Of a stretch of 53,329 nt of DNA, positions 9,877 to 19,880 are shown in pieces. A model generated the notes under the pieces. The model saw only the letters and a program-made list of their open reading frames with translations, ran no database searches and had not been told where the DNA came from. Position numbers and translations under genes: made by a program. The DNA lies in the NCBI GenBank assembly GCA_041164085.1, contig JBEAQC010000054.1:1-53329 (forward strand). Reading direction: 5' to 3'. Numbering within the stretch: position 1 is the first letter of the stretch; each line of letters begins with the position of its first letter. The DNA comes from Actinomycetota bacterium. Its GTDB lineage: Bacteria > Actinomycetota > Actinomycetes > S36-B12.

Positions 9877-12800
9877 GTCCGCTGCGCATCCATGCCGTTT
9901 GCCTGCGGCGGATCGATGACGTCGATCACGCCTCGCGCCCAGTCCACCAGATCCGTGTCGCTCATCCCCTCGGCAGGCGGGCGTGGCACCAGGATCGTAC
10001 GGACTGCGGGCTTGAGCAGCGTGCCCGGGTACAGGCGATTGACCCTCAACTGGCCGGACTCCGGGAGTTCCACGGGGTGGAATCTCACCCGCTGCCCGGC
10101 GAGCACGATCTCACCCACGCCGGCCTCTCGAGCCCGCACGCGCAGGCGTGCGACAGCGAGAAGCATCTCCACCTGAGCCGGCGGCGCTCCGTAGCGGTCG
10201 ATGAGCTCCTCGGCGACGGCGTCGATGTCCGCCTCGGTCATCGCCGCAGCGATACCGCGGTAGGCCTCGAGTCGTAGGCGCTCCTCCTGCACGTAGTCGT
10301 GCGGAATGTGCGCGTCGAGAGGCAGTTCGACCTTGACCTCGAGTGGCACGGATGCGTCGTCACCACGAGCGTGCGCGAGGGCCTCGCCCACCAGTCTCAC
10401 GTAGAGGTCGAAACCCACCTCCGCGATGTGCCCGCTCTGCTCTCCGCCGAGCAGGTTGCCCGCCCCGCGGATCTCCAGATCCTTCAACGCGATCTGCATG
10501 CCCGATCCGAGGTCGGAGTGCTGCGCGATGGTCGCGAGTCGCGCGTAGGCCGTCTCGGTGAGCGGGCGCTCCGGCGGATAGAGGAGATAGGCATAGCCCC
10601 TCTCACGGCCGCGACCGACACGTCCGCGCAACTGATGGAGCTGCGACAGGCCAAGGGCATCGGCACGATCGATGATGAGGGTGTTGGCGTTGGGGATGTC
10701 GATCCCGTTCTCGACGATGGTCGTCGCCACGAGCACATCCACTCGCTGCTCCCAGAAGTCCAGGACGACGCGCTCGAGCTCATGCTCGTTCATCTGCCCG
10801 TGGGCGACGGCGATCCGCGCTTCGGGCACGAGTTCGCGCAGCCGGCGCGCCACGCGCTCGATGGAATCCACGCGATTGTGGATGAAGAAGACCTGCCCGT
10901 CTCGGATGAGTTCACGATGGATCGCCGCCGCGACCTGCTTGTCGTCGTAGGGCCCGACATAGGTGAGGATCGGATGCCGCTCTTCAGGAGGCGTCTGGAT
11001 CGTGGACATCTCACGAATCCCCGTGAGGGACATCTCCAGTGTCCGGGGGATGGGGGTGGCCGACATCGTGAGCACGTCCACCGACGTGCGCAGCGCCTTG
11101 ATGTGCTCCTTGTGCTCGACTCCGAAACGCTGCTCCTCGTCCACGATGAGCAGCCCAAGATCCTTGAAGCGCACCTGCGGAGTGAGCATGCGGTGCGTGC
11201 CGATGACGACGTCGATCGTCCCGTCCGCGAGGCCTGCGAGGGTGCGCTTCACCTCCGCGTCGGTCTGGAATCTCGAGAGCGCGGCCACGTGCAACGGGAA
11301 CGGCGCGTAGCGCTCACTGAAGGTACGGAAGTGCTGCTGGACCAGCAGGGTCGTGGGCACGAGCACCGCCACCTGCTTGCCATCCTGCACCGCCTTGAAC
11401 GCCGCACGGACGGCGATCTCGGTCTTGCCGTAGCCGACATCCCCGCAGATGACGCGATCCATGGGGATGGAGCGCTCCATGTCGGCCTTGACCTCATCGA
11501 TGCTCGCGAGCTGGTCCGGGGTCTCGACATAGGGGAAGGCGTCTTCCAACTCGTGCTGCCAGGGACTGTCGGGACCGAAGGCGTAACCCGGAGTGGCCTG
11601 ACGAGCCGCATAGAGGCGCACGAGCTCATCCGCGATCTCGCGCACGGCCCGGCGTGCGCGAGCCTTGGTGCGCTGCCAGTCCGATCCGCCCAATTTGCTG
11701 AGCGTGGGCGCCTCGCCGCCGACATACCTCGTCACCTGGTCGAGTTGGTCGGTCGGGACGTAGAGGCGATCGGGGGGCTGACCCCTGCGCGAGGGTGCGT
11801 ACTCGATGACGAGGTACTCGCGCGTGGCCGAGCCCACGGTGCGCTGGACCATCTCGATGTACTTCCCGACGCCGTGCTGCTCATGGACGACGAGGTCGCC
11901 TGTCACGAGTTGCAGCGGATCGATCGTCCGGCGACGGCGGGAGGGCATTCGCGCGGAATCGCGCACGGGTGACCGCTCACCAAAAAGGTCGGCCTCGGTG
12001 ACGAGGGCGATGCCGCCCCCGGGTGAGACAAAGCCTCCCTGCCATCGCGCCGATGCCACGACGACGTTGCTCTCATCGACGACGCCCTGGTCCACGACAG
12101 CGGGGATTCCCTCATCGCGCAACGACGCGGCAATCCGCTCGGCGGATCCGGGGCCCTCTGCGAGGACGATGATGCGAAGTCCGGCACCAATCCAGTCGCG
12201 CATGTCCGTGAGGACGTCGGCGAGATGCCCCCGCCGATCCGGCAGGGCCCGCGCGGCGATGACAAGGTCATCGCCCTCCTGGGCAAAGGTGTCCGTGGTC
12301 CAGACAGGACCCCTGGCACGCGCCGCCTCCTCGACGTCAACGACGGACCGGTACGCCGCTGCCGACAGATCAAGACCGCCGACTGCGAGCGGGGCCCGCG
12401 CACCAGCGGCAGCACCGTGCCATGAGGCCTCGAGGAATTCCTGCGAGGTGCGCACCAGATCGTCCGCACGTGCACGGATGCGCTCCGGGTCGCACAGCAC
12501 CGACACGGAGCCCCGAGGCAGCACGTCGACCAACAGCTCCAGCCGGTCCGCGAGCACCGCGGCGAAGGCCTCCATGCCTTCCGCGGTCACGCCCTCGGCA
12601 ACGCGGTCAAGGACCTCAGCCGCCTCGGGATGCGCATCGGCGAGGTCGCGGGCGCGGGCGCGCACGGAGTCCGTGAGCAAGAGTTCGCGGGCCGGATGGA
12701 TGACGATTCTTCCCACGTGCTGCCGCGACCGTTGGTCGGCGACAGCGAAGTCCCGGACCTCTTCGATGGTGTCGCCCCACAGTTCGATGCGTACCGGGTG

Positions 12801-13385
12801 CTCCGCAGTCGTGGGAAACACGTCAATGATGCCGCCGCGCAGGGCAAATTGCCCACGTCGCTCGACCAGGTCAACCCTCGTGTATCCCCGCAGCACCAAG
12901 TCCGCCGCGAGGTCATCGACATCCACGTCGTCGCCCTCGTCGAGCATGATCGGCTCAAGGTTGCCGAGGCCCGCGACGAGCGGCTGGAGGACCGAACGCA
13001 CCGGTGCGCAGATCACTCTTAATGGGTCGTCGGGATCAGGGTGCGCGATTCGGCGCAGAGCCGCGACGCGCGCACCCGCGGTGTCGGGTGCCGGGCTCAA
13101 GCGCTCATGCGGAAGGGTCTCCCAGGAGGGAAAGACCAGCGCGCTGCCTGCACCTAGCTGCTCCTGGACCGCATCCGCGATGTCCTCCGCCTCCCGAGCC
13201 GTCGCGGTGACGACCAGCATGAGGCGACCGTCGGGAGCATCGGCGCCGATGGCGCCGGCGAGCACCGCCCGGGTCTCGGGGAGGGCGGTGATGTGAACGC
13301 GATCCTCGCCGCGAAGCGCAAGGTCGACCGCTTCCGCGAGCCCCGGGATGGGACTGAGGGCGGACCGCAGGCCCGGGAGTGTCAC
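9873..13385 (-). CDS. mfd: Transcription-repair coupling factor
   Basis: Superfamily 2 helicase motifs (GDVGYGKTE, DEEQRFGV, TATPIPRT, QLHQLRGRVGR) plus the UvrB-homology N-terminus. I trimmed the track ORF (13559) to GTG 13385, a GTGA overlap with the upstream CysQ-like gene stop. Confidence 0.95.
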   Translation of the reverse strand: MTLPGLRSALSPIPGLAEAVDLALRGEDRVHITALPETRAVLAGAIGADAPDGRLMLVVTATAREAEDIADAVQEQLGAGSALVFPSWETLPHERLSPAPDTAGARVAALRRIAHPDPDDPLRVICAPVRSVLQPLVAGLGNLEPIMLDEGDDVDVDDLAADLVLRGYTRVDLVERRGQFALRGGIIDVFPTTAEHPVRIELWGDTIEEVRDFAVADQRSRQHVGRIVIHPARELLLTDSVRARARDLADAHPEAAEVLDRVAEGVTAEGMEAFAAVLADRLELLVDVLPRGSVSVLCDPERIRARADDLVRTSQEFLEASWHGAAAGARAPLAVGGLDLSAAAYRSVVDVEEAARARGPVWTTDTFAQEGDDLVIAARALPDRRGHLADVLTDMRDWIGAGLRIIVLAEGPGSAERIAASLRDEGIPAVVDQGVVDESNVVVASARWQGGFVSPGGGIALVTEADLFGERSPVRDSARMPSRRRRTIDPLQLVTGDLVVHEQHGVGKYIEMVQRTVGSATREYLVIEYAPSRRGQPPDRLYVPTDQLDQVTRYVGGEAPTLSKLGGSDWQRTKARARRAVREIADELVRLYAARQATPGYAFGPDSPWQHELEDAFPYVETPDQLASIDEVKADMERSIPMDRVICGDVGYGKTEIAVRAAFKAVQDGKQVAVLVPTTLLVQQHFRTFSERYAPFPLHVAALSRFQTDAEVKRTLAGLADGTIDVVIGTHRMLTPQVRFKDLGLLIVDEEQRFGVEHKEHIKALRTSVDVLTMSATPIPRTLEMSLTGIREMSTIQTPPEERHPILTYVGPYDDKQVAAAIHRELIRDGQVFFIHNRVDSIERVARRLRELVPEARIAVAHGQMNEHELERVVLDFWEQRVDVLVATTIVENGIDIPNANTLIIDRADALGLSQLHQLRGRVGRGRERGYAYLLYPPERPLTETAYARLATIAQHSDLGSGMQIALKDLEIRGAGNLLGGEQSGHIAEVGFDLYVRLVGEALAHARGDDASVPLEVKVELPLDAHIPHDYVQEERLRLEAYRGIAAAMTEADIDAVAEELIDRYGAPPAQVEMLLAVARLRVRAREAGVGEIVLAGQRVRFHPVELPESGQLRVNRLYPGTLLKPAVRTILVPRPPAEGMSDTDLVDWARGVIDVIDPPQANGMDAQRT

Positions 13386-14221
13386 GCTCCCGCGGCGCGC
13401 AGCATCGCCGCACGCAATTGCTCGGCGAATTCGGGAAGTCCCACGAGCAGGTCGGTGACGTAGGGGCGCTCGCGGTTGAAGCTCACCGGGCTTCCGTCCA
13501 CATGCGATGCGGTGAGCCCGTGAGCGTGCGCGACCGAGAGGGGCGCGGCGACATCCCACTCGTAGAAGCCCGTGTCGTGCACGTAGGCCTCCGCTCGGCC
13601 GGAGAGGATCTCGTTGACCTTGGCACCCACGGAGCCGACGTCGATGACCTCCACACCGTGGGGGTGTCCCTGCGCGCGAAGGCTCGCATCGAGCTCGGCA
13701 ACGACATCGGCGAGCACGGCCGGGGGTCGAGTACGCGAGGCCACGATCCGCACCGGTCGGTCCGTCGGCAGGGTTCGCGGCGGCGCGGGCGCGTCATCGG
13801 ACCTCCGCGCAAGCCCCTGCGCAGGGAGATCCACGGTGCCGGCCGACAGCCGGCCCCCGCCGGGAGCTGCGTCGTCGGCCTCCCACAGCACGATGTGCAC
13901 CGCGAAGTCGACGCGACCCTGGCCGTATTCCCAGGTGCCGTCCAGTGGATCGACGATCCACACCCGGCGGGCAGACAGCCGGGCCAGGTCGTCGGCCCCC
14001 TCCTCGCTGAGCACGCAGTCGTCCGGCCGGGCGGCCGCGAGGCGCGCGGCGATGAGCTCGTGAGAGGTCGCATCCGCCCTCTTGCGAAGACTGTCTGCCG
14101 CTTCTCGGTCGTCGACGGGGCCGAAGTCGTCCCGCAGCGCAAGAAGGAGCTGCCCGGCCTCTGCGGCCACACGTGCGGACACCTCCATGTCCGTCTCGTC
14201 CACCGGCGGAGTGTCGGTCAT
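13382..14221 (-). CDS. Inositol monophosphatase family protein, CysQ-like 3'(2'),5'-bisphosphate nucleotidase
   Basis: WIVDPLDGTWEY and ...YEWDVAAP... are IMPase-fold motifs. The start is set at ATG 14221, preceded by GGGAGG at a 7-nt spacing. Confidence 0.8.
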   Translation of the reverse strand: MTDTPPVDETDMEVSARVAAEAGQLLLALRDDFGPVDDREAADSLRKRADATSHELIAARLAAARPDDCVLSEEGADDLARLSARRVWIVDPLDGTWEYGQGRVDFAVHIVLWEADDAAPGGGRLSAGTVDLPAQGLARRSDDAPAPPRTLPTDRPVRIVASRTRPPAVLADVVAELDASLRAQGHPHGVEVIDVGSVGAKVNEILSGRAEAYVHDTGFYEWDVAAPLSVAHAHGLTASHVDGSPVSFNRERPYVTDLLVGLPEFAEQLRAAMLRAAGA

Positions 14222-14281
14222 GTCGTGGCCTCCCAGGATTCGGCATGGTGATTCGGCATCGTGCACGCACCCGCGCACAAT

Positions 14282-14854
14282 CTAGTCGGAGTTGAATCTG
14301 TTCTGCGCGACCGCGACACCCTGGTCGATGACGCACTCGATGGCCTCATCCGCGCGCTCGAGAAGGCTCGGCAGCTCCTCACGCTGAGCAGCGCTGAAGG
14401 CCTTGAGGACGTAGTCGGCCGGATCCTGACGCCCCGGAGGCCGGCCTATTCCGATCCTGATTCGGGTCGTTTCCCCGCTGCCGAGCACGCGGCGGACGCT
14501 GCGCAGACCGTTGTGGCCACCGTCGCCACCACCGTGCTTCACTCGCAGCGCGCCGAAGGCGATGTCCAGTTCGTCGTGGACGATGATCATGCGGCCGATC
14601 GGGACATCGAAGTAGTCCGCGAGTGCCTTGACGGGGCCACCGGACTCATTCATGTAGGACCGTCCGCGCGCGAGGACCACCCGATGGCCATCCCAACGGG
14701 CGTCGAAGGTCTCGCAACGGGTGTACCGATGAGAGGTCAGTCGGCCTCCCCAGCGCTCGGCGAGGGCCTCGACCGCCATGACTCCGACGTTGTGCCGGGT
14801 CCGCCCGTACTCGGGGCCGGGATTGCCTAGGCCCACGACCAGCCACGCCGGCAT
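14282..14854 (-). CDS. pth: Aminoacyl-tRNA (peptidyl-tRNA) hydrolase
   Basis: 190 aa. LVVGLGNPGPEYGRTRHNVG and HDELD motifs. Confidence 0.96.
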   Translation of the reverse strand: MPAWLVVGLGNPGPEYGRTRHNVGVMAVEALAERWGGRLTSHRYTRCETFDARWDGHRVVLARGRSYMNESGGPVKALADYFDVPIGRMIIVHDELDIAFGALRVKHGGGDGGHNGLRSVRRVLGSGETTRIRIGIGRPPGRQDPADYVLKAFSAAQREELPSLLERADEAIECVIDQGVAVAQNRFNSD

Positions 14855-14889
14855 GGTGTCGTGTTCCTCGCGGCGCTTGCGGAAGAGCC

Positions 14890-15345
14890 TCAGGACTCGT
14901 TGTCCGTCGAGTCCGCGGACTCCCCGGCCTCGCCCGACTCGGTCGAGGCCTCGGGCTCCTCAGCGGGACCCTTGGGTGCGGGAGCAGACGCAGCAGCCTC
15001 GGCTGCGGCAGCGGCCTCGGCCACGAGCACCTCTGCCTCAGCGGCGCGCTCACGTGCCTCAGCTGCACTCACGACGATGAGGTCGACATGCTCGATCGTG
15101 CGACGGACGGGATCGCGCTGCACGTCACGGGGCTTGGTGAGAGTGGTGGCTGAGCCATGCACGATCTCCAGCGTCACCTTGGGCTTACGCAGCGCTTGCT
15201 CGAGGTCGTGGCCCGGCAGGGACAGGTGCAGGAGCTCGGTGCCATCGCCGTACAGGACGACGGGGATCCGGCCCGAGCGGCGCAGACGGCGCGCAGCACC
15301 CTTGCCGAAGTCGGAACGAGGCTCGGCCTCGAGGCGGATATTCAC
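14890..15345 (-). CDS. rplY: 50S ribosomal protein L25 / general stress protein Ctc
   Basis: NIRLEAEPRSDFGKGAARRLRRSGRIPVVLYG... The start is set at GTG 15345, with GGAGG 7 nt upstream. The acidic Ala/Glu-rich C-terminal tail is typical of the Ctc form. Confidence 0.9.
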   Translation of the reverse strand: MNIRLEAEPRSDFGKGAARRLRRSGRIPVVLYGDGTELLHLSLPGHDLEQALRKPKVTLEIVHGSATTLTKPRDVQRDPVRRTIEHVDLIVVSAAEARERAAEAEVLVAEAAAAAEAAASAPAPKGPAEEPEASTESGEAGESADSTDNES

Positions 15346-15492
15346 GATGCGACCTCCTCGTCGACCCCGGAGACGTCCTCCGAGATGGGCAGCCACGGCG
15401 TGGTGCGGCCAGCGGCCACGTCGATCACGGTGCGTGTCGCACCCTCGCCGAGGAGCGACCAGACTCTAGCCGACGGGGTGGGCTGGCTTGGG

Positions 15493-16488
15493 TCAGGGGG
15501 TCGCGGGCACGCGCTCCGGGGTCTCGAACATGCGGGTGACCGAGCCATCGGTGAAGACCTCGTAGATCGCCTGGGCGAGCAGCGGCGCGATCGACAGGAC
15601 CGTCAGCTTCTCGAACCGACGCTCATCCGGGATCGGCAGCGTGTTGGTGACGACGACCTCGCTGATGCGGGAGTCCTGGAGTCGCTGGGCCGCTGGCTCG
15701 CTCAGAATCGCGTGTGTCGCCGCAACGATGACCTCCGCTGCACCGTTCTCGAAGAGGGTGTCAGCGGCCTTGACGATGGTGCCACCGGTGTCGATCATGT
15801 CGTCGACCACGATGCACACGCGGTCGCGCACGTCACCGACGACCTCGAAGACACGGACCTCGTTAGGCGTGTCGGGATCGCGACGCTTGTGGATGATCGC
15901 CAGAGGCGCCCCGAGGATGTCGGTCCACTTCTCCGCGACACGGACGCGACCGGCATCCGGCGAGACCACGGTGATGCGGTCACGATCCACGCGCTCGGAG
16001 ATGTGCTCGGCGAGCAGGGGCAGGGCGAACAGATGATCGACAGGACCGTCGAAGAAACCCTGGATCTGAGAGGTGTGCAGATCGACCGTGATCAGTCGGT
16101 CCGCACCGGCGGCCTTGAAGAGGTCCGCCATGAGCCGTGCGGAAATGGGCTCGCGGCCGCGATGCTTCTTGTCCTGACGGGCGTAGCCATAGAAGGGGGC
16201 GATGACGGTGATGCGTTTGGCGGACGCACGCTTGAGCGCATCGACCATGATCATCTGCTCCATGATCCAGGTGTTGATCGGCGTGGTGTGGCTCTGCATC
16301 ACAAAGGCATCGCAGCCTCGGACTGACTCGCGGAAGCGCACGAAGATCTCGCCGTTGGCGAATTCGTAGGCATCGACCGGGCACAGGTCGGTGCCGAGGT
16401 GGCTCGCAACCTCCTCCCCGAGGTCCGGGTGCGCACGACCCGTCAGCAGCACGAGGCGCTTGCTGGGGGGGACTGTCAACTCACTCAC
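15493..16488 (-). CDS. prs: Ribose-phosphate diphosphokinase
   Basis: 331 aa. [10 protein letters not shown]-like ([10 protein letters not shown]) and [13 protein letters not shown]-binding motifs. GTGA overlap with the glmU stop. Confidence 0.96.
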   Translation of the reverse strand: MSELTVPPSKRLVLLTGRAHPDLGEEVASHLGTDLCPVDAYEFANGEIFVRFRESVRGCDAFVMQSHTTPINTWIMEQMIMVDALKRASAKRITVIAPFYGYARQDKKHRGREPISARLMADLFKAAGADRLITVDLHTSQIQGFFDGPVDHLFALPLLAEHISERVDRDRITVVSPDAGRVRVAEKWTDILGAPLAIIHKRRDPDTPNEVRVFEVVGDVRDRVCIVVDDMIDTGGTIVKAADTLFENGAAEVIVAATHAILSEPAAQRLQDSRISEVVVTNTLPIPDERRFEKLTVLSIAPLLAQAIYEVFTDGSVTRMFETPERVPATP

Positions 16489-17945
16489 GCAGACTCCTCG
16501 TTTGTCGATGGCTGGTCGTGGGCCTGGTCTGCGGCTCGCGCAGATTCGCTGCCGGGGCGCTTGCGCTGCACCCAGCCGGGGATGTTCCGCTGTCGGGCGC
16601 GCCCCACGGCCATCGCTCCCGCGGGAACATCGTCGGTAATGACCGAACCCGCCGCGGTGTAGGCGCCGTCGCCGACGTTCACCGGTGCCACGAGCATCGT
16701 ATCGCTCCCGATCCGGGCATCCCGGCCGATGACGGTGCGGTGTTTGGACTGGCCGTCGTAGTTGACGAAGATGGTCGCGGCTCCGATGTTGGTGCCGGGC
16801 CCGACCTCGGCATCACCGACGTACGACAGGTGCGGCACCTTGGCGCCGGCGCCGAGGGACGAGTTCTTCATCTCGACAAAGGCGCCAGCCCGCGCACCCG
16901 CTCCCAGTCGGGCGCCGGGGCGGAGATAGGTGAACGGCCCCACACTGGCACCAGCATCGATGACAGCCAACTCGGCCCACGTGTGAATCACGGATGCATC
17001 GGCGCCAACTTCACACGACGTGAGCGTCGTGCCGGGTCCGATGCGAGCACCACTCGCGATCGTCGTGGGGCCCAGCAAGGACGTCTGAGGAAGCAGAGTG
17101 ACATCGGGCGCCAGATCGACGTCGACATCGATCCAGGTAGATGCGGGATCCAGCATCGAGACACCGTCACGCATCCAGCGGGCATTGATGCGGTCACGCA
17201 TGATGGCCGCCGCGTCCGCCAACTGCCCACGATCGTTGACCCCGAGGATCTCGTGCGCATCGTCGACGATGAGCCCCGTCACGGGCCTACCCTCAGCTCT
17301 CAGCAGGCCGACGACGTCGGTGAGGTACTCCTCGCCCTGATCGTTCGCCGTGGTGAGCCGCTCCAGTGCCGGGGCGAGCGCGATCGGGTCGAAGGCGTAC
17401 ATCCCGGCGTTGATCTCGCTGATAGCGCGGATGTCGGCAGTGGCATCTCGGTCCTCGACGATGACCTCGACGGCGCCGGAGCCGTCGCGCACCACGCGCC
17501 CGTAGCCGGCTGGATCGGACAGCACCGCGGTGAGCACGGTGGCTGCTCCACCGGACGAGACCTGCGCATCGACGAGCTTGCGGACGGTCCGCCCGGTGAG
17601 GAGGGGCGTGTCGCCGCTGAGCACCACAATCGGTGAAGCCTCGAGAGCGTGTGCTGTCGCGAGCGCCGCGAGCGCGATGCGGACCGCATGTCCGGTGCCC
17701 AACTGCTGATCCTGGACAACGGTGTCGACCCATGGCGCAACCTCATCGAGATGCGCAAGGACGTGATCGCGACCGTGACCGACCACAACCACGACGTGCG
17801 CGGGATCGACGGCAGCTGCCGCCTCGAGGACATGACCGATGAGCGTCCTGCCCGCGATCGCATGCAGAACCTTGGGCGTGGCTGAGCGCATGCGCTTGCC
17901 CTCACCCGCGGCGAGGACGATGACGATCGGTCCCTGCGACGTCAC
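16485..17945 (-). CDS. glmU: Bifunctional UDP-N-acetylglucosamine diphosphorylase / glucosamine-1-phosphate N-acetyltransferase
   Basis: 486 aa. [11 protein letters not shown] nucleotidyltransferase motif plus a C-terminal left-handed beta-helix of hexapeptide repeats. Confidence 0.96.
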   Translation of the reverse strand: MTSQGPIVIVLAAGEGKRMRSATPKVLHAIAGRTLIGHVLEAAAAVDPAHVVVVVGHGRDHVLAHLDEVAPWVDTVVQDQQLGTGHAVRIALAALATAHALEASPIVVLSGDTPLLTGRTVRKLVDAQVSSGGAATVLTAVLSDPAGYGRVVRDGSGAVEVIVEDRDATADIRAISEINAGMYAFDPIALAPALERLTTANDQGEEYLTDVVGLLRAEGRPVTGLIVDDAHEILGVNDRGQLADAAAIMRDRINARWMRDGVSMLDPASTWIDVDVDLAPDVTLLPQTSLLGPTTIASGARIGPGTTLTSCEVGADASVIHTWAELAVIDAGASVGPFTYLRPGARLGAGARAGAFVEMKNSSLGAGAKVPHLSYVGDAEVGPGTNIGAATIFVNYDGQSKHRTVIGRDARIGSDTMLVAPVNVGDGAYTAAGSVITDDVPAGAMAVGRARQRNIPGWVQRKRPGSESARAADQAHDQPSTNEESA

Positions 17946-17977
17946 CGCTCACGGACCTCCAGGAGAAGGATCGCCCC

Positions 17978-18009
17978 GGGGGGCAGCCGACGTCGGCACC
18001 CTACCCCCC
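17978..18009 (-). terminator. GC-rich hairpin between tRNA-Gln and glmU (terminator or processing site)
   Basis: GGGGGG...GCCGACGTCGGC...CCCCCC: a 12-bp perfect palindrome at 17986..17997, nested inside complementary G6/C6 runs. It starts 10 nt downstream of the tRNA 3' end on the minus strand. Confidence 0.35.
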
Positions 18010-18018
18010 AAGCATGCG

Positions 18019-18089
18019 CTCCCGGCGAGGGAGTCGAACCCCCATTCAGAGATCCAAAGTCTCTTGTCCTGCCATTAGACGAGCCGGGA
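18019..18089 (-). tRNA. tRNA-Gln (anticodon UUG)
   Basis: Reverse complement is UCCCGGC-UC-GUCU-AAUGGCA-GGAC-A-AGAGA-CUUUGGA-UCUCU-GAAU-GGGGG-UUCGACU-CCCUC-GCCGGGA-G. U1:A72 and G73 are Gln identity features. The position next to glmU matches M. tuberculosis glnU. Confidence 0.92.
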
Positions 18090-18157
18090 TGGCGGGTCGG
18101 TGCCCGACCCGGGCAGCAGTCTCGCAGGCGGGGCGCACCGCCCGGGGCCTGGACAGG

Positions 18158-18186
18158 TTACGGAAGCGTAGGTTACGTTGCCGTAA
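18158..18186. promoter_or_regulatory. 29-bp imperfect palindrome upstream of the desaturase-TetR operon (candidate TetR operator)
   Basis: TTACGGAAGCGTAG-G-TTACGTTGCCGTAA; the half-sites match at 11/14 positions. It contains a nested CGTA-N3-TACG and a GGTTACG direct repeat (18156 and 18171). It overlaps a TAAGTT -10-like hexamer at 18184..18189, 41 nt upstream of the ATG at 18227. Confidence 0.45.
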
Positions 18187-18226
18187 GTTGGTCTCATTGG
18201 CAGCGGTGACGAGGACAGGGGCGCGC

Positions 18227-19249
18227 ATGACGGCCATCGTCGAAGGACAGTCAGTCACGAACGCCGGGCACCCCGTCACCCAGCCCATAGCTCGCCCCGT
18301 CACCGAGCCCATGGCTCGGGGCATGCGCACCACCATCGGCATCTTCGTCGCGGTGCCGCTCATTGCCGTCGTCCTGGCTGTTCCCGTGGCCTGGGGTGGG
18401 TGGCTCGGCTGGACCGACCTCATCCTCGCCGGGCTGTTCTACGTCGTCGCCGCGGCCGGCATCACGGTGGGCTTCCATCGCCACTTCACGCACGGGTCTT
18501 TCAAGGCACCAACATGGGTCTCGGTTGTTCTCGCCGTCGCCGGATCCACGGCCATCGAGGGCTCCCTTGATCAGTGGGTCGCCGACCACCGACGTCACCA
18601 TGCGCGCAGCGATGAGGACGGCGATCCGCACAGCCCGTGGCGCTTCGGCACCTCGCGGCGCGCCGTCGCCAAGGGCTTGGTCTTCGCCCATGTCGGCTGG
18701 CTCTTCGACGGTCAGCAAACCTCGATCGAGCGCTACGCCCCGGATATCCGCTCCCATAAGGCACTGCAGCGCGTTTCGCGCCTATTCCCCTGGATCGTCC
18801 TCTCGACGATCCTCGCGCCGGCGATCCTCGGCGGACTGATCACGTGGTCCTGGCAGGGTGCGCTCACGGCGCTGTTCTGGGCAGGCCTGGTGCGCATCGC
18901 CCTCGTCCACCACGTGACCTGGTCGATCAACTCCATCTGCCACGTCTTCGGCCAGCGGCCGTTCCGCAATCGCGACAACTCCACGAACAATCGGTGGCTG
19001 GCGCTCCCTTCGCTCGGTGAGTCCTGGCATAACCTGCACCACGCCGAGCCCACAGCCGCGCGCCACGGTGTGCTCCGCGGGCAGGTGGACGTCAGTGCCG
19101 GCATCATCCGGGCGATGGAGCGACTGCGACTGGCTCGCGATGTGCGTTGGCCGAGTCCCGCGAGACTCGCCGCCAAGTTGCACGATCCGGCGCTCAGGAC
19201 ACGTATCCGCGGCTGGTCCCCCGATCTCGAGGCACCCACGTCCGCCTAG
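18227..19249 (+). CDS. Membrane-bound acyl-CoA (fatty acid) desaturase
   Basis: Three histidine boxes (HRHFTHGSF, HRRHHARSD, HNLHHAEP) and N-terminal TM helices. I trimmed the track ORF (18014, which would run through the tRNA-Gln gene) to ATG 18227. Confidence 0.9.
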   Translation: MTAIVEGQSVTNAGHPVTQPIARPVTEPMARGMRTTIGIFVAVPLIAVVLAVPVAWGGWLGWTDLILAGLFYVVAAAGITVGFHRHFTHGSFKAPTWVSVVLAVAGSTAIEGSLDQWVADHRRHHARSDEDGDPHSPWRFGTSRRAVAKGLVFAHVGWLFDGQQTSIERYAPDIRSHKALQRVSRLFPWIVLSTILAPAILGGLITWSWQGALTALFWAGLVRIALVHHVTWSINSICHVFGQRPFRNRDNSTNNRWLALPSLGESWHNLHHAEPTAARHGVLRGQVDVSAGIIRAMERLRLARDVRWPSPARLAAKLHDPALRTRIRGWSPDLEAPTSA

Positions 19250-19266
19250 GCGGGAGTAACACCACT

Positions 19267-19866
19267 ATGCGCATGACCGGCCGGGAGCGGCGAGAGCAAC
19301 TCATCACCGTCGGGCGGACGCTGTTTGCTGACAAGGGCTTCGAGGCCGTCAGCGTGGAGGAGATCGCCGCCACCGCGGGTGTCTCCAAGCCCGTGGTCTA
19401 CGAGCACTTCGGTGGCAAGGAGGGGCTCTACGCCGTTGTCGTCGATCGCGAGATGAATCATCTGCTCACGATGATCAGCGGTGCCCTGCAGGGCACGCAT
19501 CCGCGCCAGCTCCTCGAGCAGGCGGGCATGGCACTCTTCGAGTACATCGAGTCCCAGCCCGATGGATTCCGCATTCTCGTGCGCGACTCCCCCGTGTCTC
19601 AGCAGACAGGGTCCTTCGCGAGCCTCATCGTCGATGTCGCAGGCCAGGTGGAGCATCTGCTCGCCGAACAGTTCAAGGCGCACGGCCTACCAACGAGATT
19701 GGCGCCGATGTATTCCCAGATGCTGGTGGGCATGACCGCACTCACCGGCCAGTGGTGGCTCGATGCCCGCAAGCCGCGCAAGGACGAGGTTGTCGCCCAC
19801 CTGGTCAATCTGGCGTGGAACGGCCTGGCTCACCTCGAGCCCAAGCCGCGGGCGGTCCAGCTCTAA
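19267..19866 (+). CDS. TetR/AcrR family transcriptional regulator
   Basis: RREQLITVGRTLFADKGFEAVSVEEIAATAGVSKPVVYEHFGGKEGLY is a TetR HTH. ATG 19267 has a GGGAG upstream and lies 18 nt after the desaturase stop. Confidence 0.9.
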   Translation: MRMTGRERREQLITVGRTLFADKGFEAVSVEEIAATAGVSKPVVYEHFGGKEGLYAVVVDREMNHLLTMISGALQGTHPRQLLEQAGMALFEYIESQPDGFRILVRDSPVSQQTGSFASLIVDVAGQVEHLLAEQFKAHGLPTRLAPMYSQMLVGMTALTGQWWLDARKPRKDEVVAHLVNLAWNGLAHLEPKPRAVQL

Positions 19867-19880
19867 CAGCGCCGGCACTC

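Noticed and set aside
18168-18186. An IdeR/DtxR iron-box resemblance inside the desaturase operator. GTAGGTTACGTTGCCGTAA matches the consensus TTAGGTTAGGCTAACCTAA as I recall it.
   Set aside because: Only 13 of 19 positions match by hand alignment, which is below what I would trust. The adjacent TetR gene is the more parsimonious regulator. It is kept only as an alternative, since membrane desaturases are di-iron enzymes.
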